In this document: positions 61,330 through 64,000 of the stretch, one piece after another
Position numbering within the stretch: the stretch's first letter is position 1
Layout of the letters: every line of letters begins with the position of its first letter
From: a virus
Lineage: Duplodnaviria > Caudoviricetes
Length of the DNA stretch: 64,000 bases
Direction: 5' to 3' (one strand)
Virus record (IMG/VR): IMGVR_UViG_3300005973_000002
The notes under the pieces: generated by a model
The model's input: only the letters and a program-made list of their open reading frames with translations
Told to the model about the DNA's origin: nothing
Databases searched by the model: none
Translations under genes and position numbers: made by a program

Positions 61330-62097
61330 TCACGGATGGAAAGTTTGCATCTGTAAAGTGCCATAGCCATCTAAACGCTTTTTCATAATTGCTACAGCAT
61401 CTGGGTTTTCATCAACCAATGTTACGTTTCGTCCATGCATAGCCCCCGCCTCGCCAAGAGTGCCTGAACCCGCAAAGAAATCCAAAAGGTGTTCTCCAGG
61501 ATTTGAGTGTACTTTTACTATGCGTTCGATTATAGCCATTGGTTTTTGAGTTGGGTAGCCTAGTCTTTCTTTACCGTTTGTTGGAACGATAGTGTTCCAC
61601 CAAACATCTGTCGGTGTTTTGCCTCGCTTAGCCTTCTCGGCACCAACAAGACCCGGAGCCATATATGGGATGCGATCTATCGCATCGTAGTTATAAGTAT
61701 ATTTTTTCAAGTCTTTTACATACCAAAGAATGTTATCATGTTTACAGGGCCACTTGGTTTTAGGTCTTCCGCCATAATCATACGCCCAAATTATTTCATT
61801 TTTGAACTTTTCTCTACCAAAAATTTTATCACAAAGCACTTTTACATAGTGAATTTCACGGTAATCCATATGAATAAAAAATGAACCATCATCTGTAAGC
61901 AATCTTTTTGCTTCTTCAATTCTTGGCTTTATCCAATCTATAAAATCATCGAATTTATCTTTGTATGAACCATGATGACTTGATTGAACCTTTTTTGTAT
62001 TAAACGGAGGATCTATTACAATTAGATTAAATTTTTTATCAGGCAACGATCGCAATATTGGCAAATTGTCCCCTTGATAAATTTTAATTGTTGGCAT
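61330..62097 (-). CDS. DNA amino-methyltransferase (N6-A/N4-C, beta-class order); likely start MPTIK at 62097
   Basis: QGDNL, IDPPFN, EIIW.Y, YPTQKP, LLDFFAGSGT. Confidence 0.9.
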   Translation of the reverse strand: MPTIKIYQGDNLPILRSLPDKKFNLIVIDPPFNTKKVQSSHHGSYKDKFDDFIDWIKPRIEEAKRLLTDDGSFFIHMDYREIHYVKVLCDKIFGREKFKNEIIWAYDYGGRPKTKWPCKHDNILWYVKDLKKYTYNYDAIDRIPYMAPGLVGAEKAKRGKTPTDVWWNTIVPTNGKERLGYPTQKPMAIIERIVKVHSNPGEHLLDFFAGSGTLGEAGAMHGRNVTLVDENPDAVAIMKKRLDGYGTLQMQTFHP

Positions 62098-62842
62098 ACA
62101 AAAAGTTTCCTTCTTTACTGTTTCTTTTGCCATTGATGATAGCTGAAATTACTGGCTGTGGAATTCCTAATACTTTTGCTGCTTCATATTGGCTTTCAAA
62201 AAATTCGGATGAACCATCGGAACGAATGTAAACTATTCGTCTTTTATTTCGTTTGGGGCTTTGTGCACGAGACATAGCTTTTTCAACATCTTCCATTTTA
62301 TGAACAAAGGTCCAACCTTTAGCATATGTGGCACGACCTTTTAGAACATTTCTAATTGCTTTTTCGTTACAACCAAGAGCTTTTGCTGCTTTTTTTTGTG
62401 CGGCAAATTTTTTTATTTCTTTTGTTTTAACATTTATAGCTATCACTGCTTTACTGCCTGGTCTATTTGCAGCGATTTTTTTACAAGTTTCTAGGGGTAA
62501 CTTCTTACCCAATTTCCTTTTACGCTGCTTTTCCTTTGTTTTTTTAGAAGTCTTTACTCCCTTTCGTCCACCTCGACCACCCTTATCAGAATTAATCATA
62601 TTTAAGTTCGGCCAGAATTGTTGAATGTATTCAAATTCAGCTATGTAAGCCTCGTCTTCAGTTGAGAACTCTTTTATTAATTCTATTGATATACTATCTT
62701 TATATTTTTTAAGCCAATTCAACTTTCTTTTACGTTTTTTATCATAAAAATGTTGTTTTAACCGTTTTTCTAAAGTTTGGCCTGTAACTCCGATATAAAA
62801 TTTAGGACTTTTCGATGAAATGATTTTATAAAGCTTGTGCAT
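62084..62842 (-). mobile_element. GIY-YIG homing endonuclease with NUMOD3/NUMOD1 repeats
   Basis: MHKLYKI..FYIGVT..RLKQH, E..YI, SKKTKEK.R, F.AQ..AA..LG, FESQYEAA..LG. Confidence 0.85.
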
Positions 62843-62868
62843 ATTAATATGTACGCACATAACCTAAA

Positions 62869-62970
62869 GTTATAAGGAGGATCAATATAAATAAGAGAAA
62901 AAGTCTCTTTGGGTAACGTTTTAAGAAACAGGAGATTGTCTCCCTGAATAATGTTTATTTTTGTACTCAT
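62869..62970 (-). pseudogene. Orphan 5' end (34 codons) of a DNA methyltransferase
   Basis: MSTKINIIQGDNLLFLKTLPKETFSLIYIDPPYN; homology to the MTase stops after DPPYN. Confidence 0.85.
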
Positions 62971-62971
62971 A

Positions 62972-63433
62972 TCACAACAATGCAAGTAATACAATAATCC
63001 AAAGAAAAGTTAGGTGTAAAATTTGATCTACAGCAATAAACAAAATTGCATGTACAGGCGACTCTTTGAACAACTTACCAAACATCTTTTTAGAAGACAA
63101 ATACCGGTCTTCTCCTGGGCCTGAGTTCTTTGATAGTTCTGGAACTTTTCTTACGAACTTTGCCCACAAAAAAACCGGTATATAGGTATCAATGATGAAA
63201 TGAGAGAGAAAGAGGGTTAACAACGAAATGGGTAAGCCCCATCCACCAATACCTAACAAGAGTATAAATGGAACAAATGCAGCTGTGTAAATTATACAGT
63301 GTCTTCCACGGACAGAGAAGTCATGGTGTTTGTTGGTTGCTTCATCATGCGTTTGGAACAACCAATCAGCAAAAAAGTGAACAAAAGCAAGTAATGAAAA
63401 AACACCACCAGCTAATGCAAAAGTCTCTAACAT
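62972..63433 (-). CDS. DUF3307-like membrane protein
   Basis: HFFADWLFQ, HCIIY, SHFIID, DQILH with TM helices. Confidence 0.75.
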   Translation of the reverse strand: MLETFALAGGVFSLLAFVHFFADWLFQTHDEATNKHHDFSVRGRHCIIYTAAFVPFILLLGIGGWGLPISLLTLFLSHFIIDTYIPVFLWAKFVRKVPELSKNSGPGEDRYLSSKKMFGKLFKESPVHAILFIAVDQILHLTFLWIIVLLALL

Positions 63434-63512
63434 ATTTTTATTCCTTTATTGGGAAAGCCACAAACTCATTTATACTTAAGAGGGAACTACCTTAGAGAGA
63501 GGGTTTAATAAA

Positions 63513-63917
63513 ATGGCTATTAAGACTACAATCGGACCAAAAGGCGTTGTTTCCGAAAGAATTGCAGGTACCAGCGACGTACTCGTTGTTGATGTTGAGT
63601 CTCCACGTGAAAATGTAAGAACCATTACATCAGGCTCAGGTGTTATATCCGTAACTGGTGGAACTAACTTATTCATTGCTCCAGTTACCCCTACCGCTTC
63701 TCTTCCTGGCGTTGGAAGTGAAGAGGTTGGAACTCGTGTTCTTCTTATGAAGGATGATAACACTGCTACAGTTCTTGTTTCAGGAACCAACCCAATGAAC
63801 GCTGCCGACACTTTAGTATTGAATGATGCATTTGCACACCTTGAACTACTTGCTGTTAAAGGTGACGACGATGGCTCATTTGTTTGGCATGTTCTTCACA
63901 CCTCAGGCGTACTCTGA
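63513..63917 (+). CDS. Hypothetical beta-rich protein
   Basis: 134-aa ORF with GAGG upstream and a terminator downstream. Confidence 0.6.
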   Translation: MAIKTTIGPKGVVSERIAGTSDVLVVDVESPRENVRTITSGSGVISVTGGTNLFIAPVTPTASLPGVGSEEVGTRVLLMKDDNTATVLVSGTNPMNAADTLVLNDAFAHLELLAVKGDDDGSFVWHVLHTSGVL

Positions 63918-63937
63918 TTTAATCATATACCTCTCTT

Positions 63938-63963
63938 AGCCGCTCTTTCGAGAGCGGCTTTTG
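63938..63963 (+). terminator. Rho-independent terminator
   Basis: AGCCGCTCT-TTCG-AGAGCGGCT followed by T-run. Confidence 0.85.
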
Positions 63964-64000
63964 GTGCTTAAGCTTTTTTGTTTTGATAATTCGCTTGAAA

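Noticed and set aside
148-62624. Most plus-strand ORFs and nested alternative-frame ORFs in the supplied track
   Set aside because: They overlap better-supported minus-strand genes and show no motifs or RBS; treated as shadow ORFs.
62098-62868. Group I intron interrupting the methyltransferase
   Set aside because: Almost the whole insert is coding with no room for a ribozyme core, and a complete second 5' end makes splicing unnecessary.
1-64000. Genome-wide stop-codon reassignment (TAG=Gln or TGA=Trp) to explain the internal stops
   Set aside because: TAG ends iscA at its conserved C-terminus (56572) and TGA ends groES at its conserved C-terminus (47924). Long genes contain no internal stops, and the tRNA-Gln anticodon is CUG, not CUA.
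1-64000. CRISPR array or long tandem repeat array
   Set aside because: No run of equal-length repeats with unique spacers was seen; only short palindromes and one 14-nt duplication.
1-64000. Eukaryotic giant virus or bacterial chromosome origin
   Set aside because: SD motifs, sigma70-like promoters, ATGA coupling, homing endonucleases and the predominance of short unknown ORFs fit a large phage; no housekeeping operons are present.

Overview
This window looks like the accessory, non-structural region of a large dsDNA bacteriophage (jumbo/huge phage). Genes are densely packed, almost all on the minus strand, often coupled by ATGA-type overlaps, and preceded by Shine-Dalgarno motifs or sigma70-like promoters. 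No capsid, tail, terminase, rRNA or CRISPR array was recognised. Recognisable cargo falls into several groups. Translation and RNA repair: three RNA ligases, a 2H phosphoesterase, LysRS, two stand-alone class II aaRS-like domains, an EF-Ts core fragment, tRNA-Gln and tRNA-Leu. NAD/ADP-ribose functions: a NAMPT-family enzyme, an ADP-ribosylglycohydrolase, a CinA-like domain, a macrodomain and a NUDIX hydrolase. Protein handling: ClpP, GroES, IscA and a chagasin-type protease inhibitor. DNA-related: two methyltransferases, a short PolA-like protein and four homing-type endonucleases. About 20 small ORFs share an SH3/KOW-like pattern. The most notable observations are: (1) an RNA ligase gene fractured at its active-site motif into two ORFs carrying the N- and C-halves of an apparent naturally split intein, with a Vsr-like endonuclease between them (38637-40454); (2) an NAD/ADP-ribose gene run whose NAMPT-family gene has a structured three-way-junction 5' leader (52225-56571); (3) a GIY-YIG endonuclease flanked by two divergent copies of a methyltransferase 5' end (61330-62970); (4) three otherwise intact genes, each with one in-frame stop codon. 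All family assignments come from motif recognition by eye, not from database searches.
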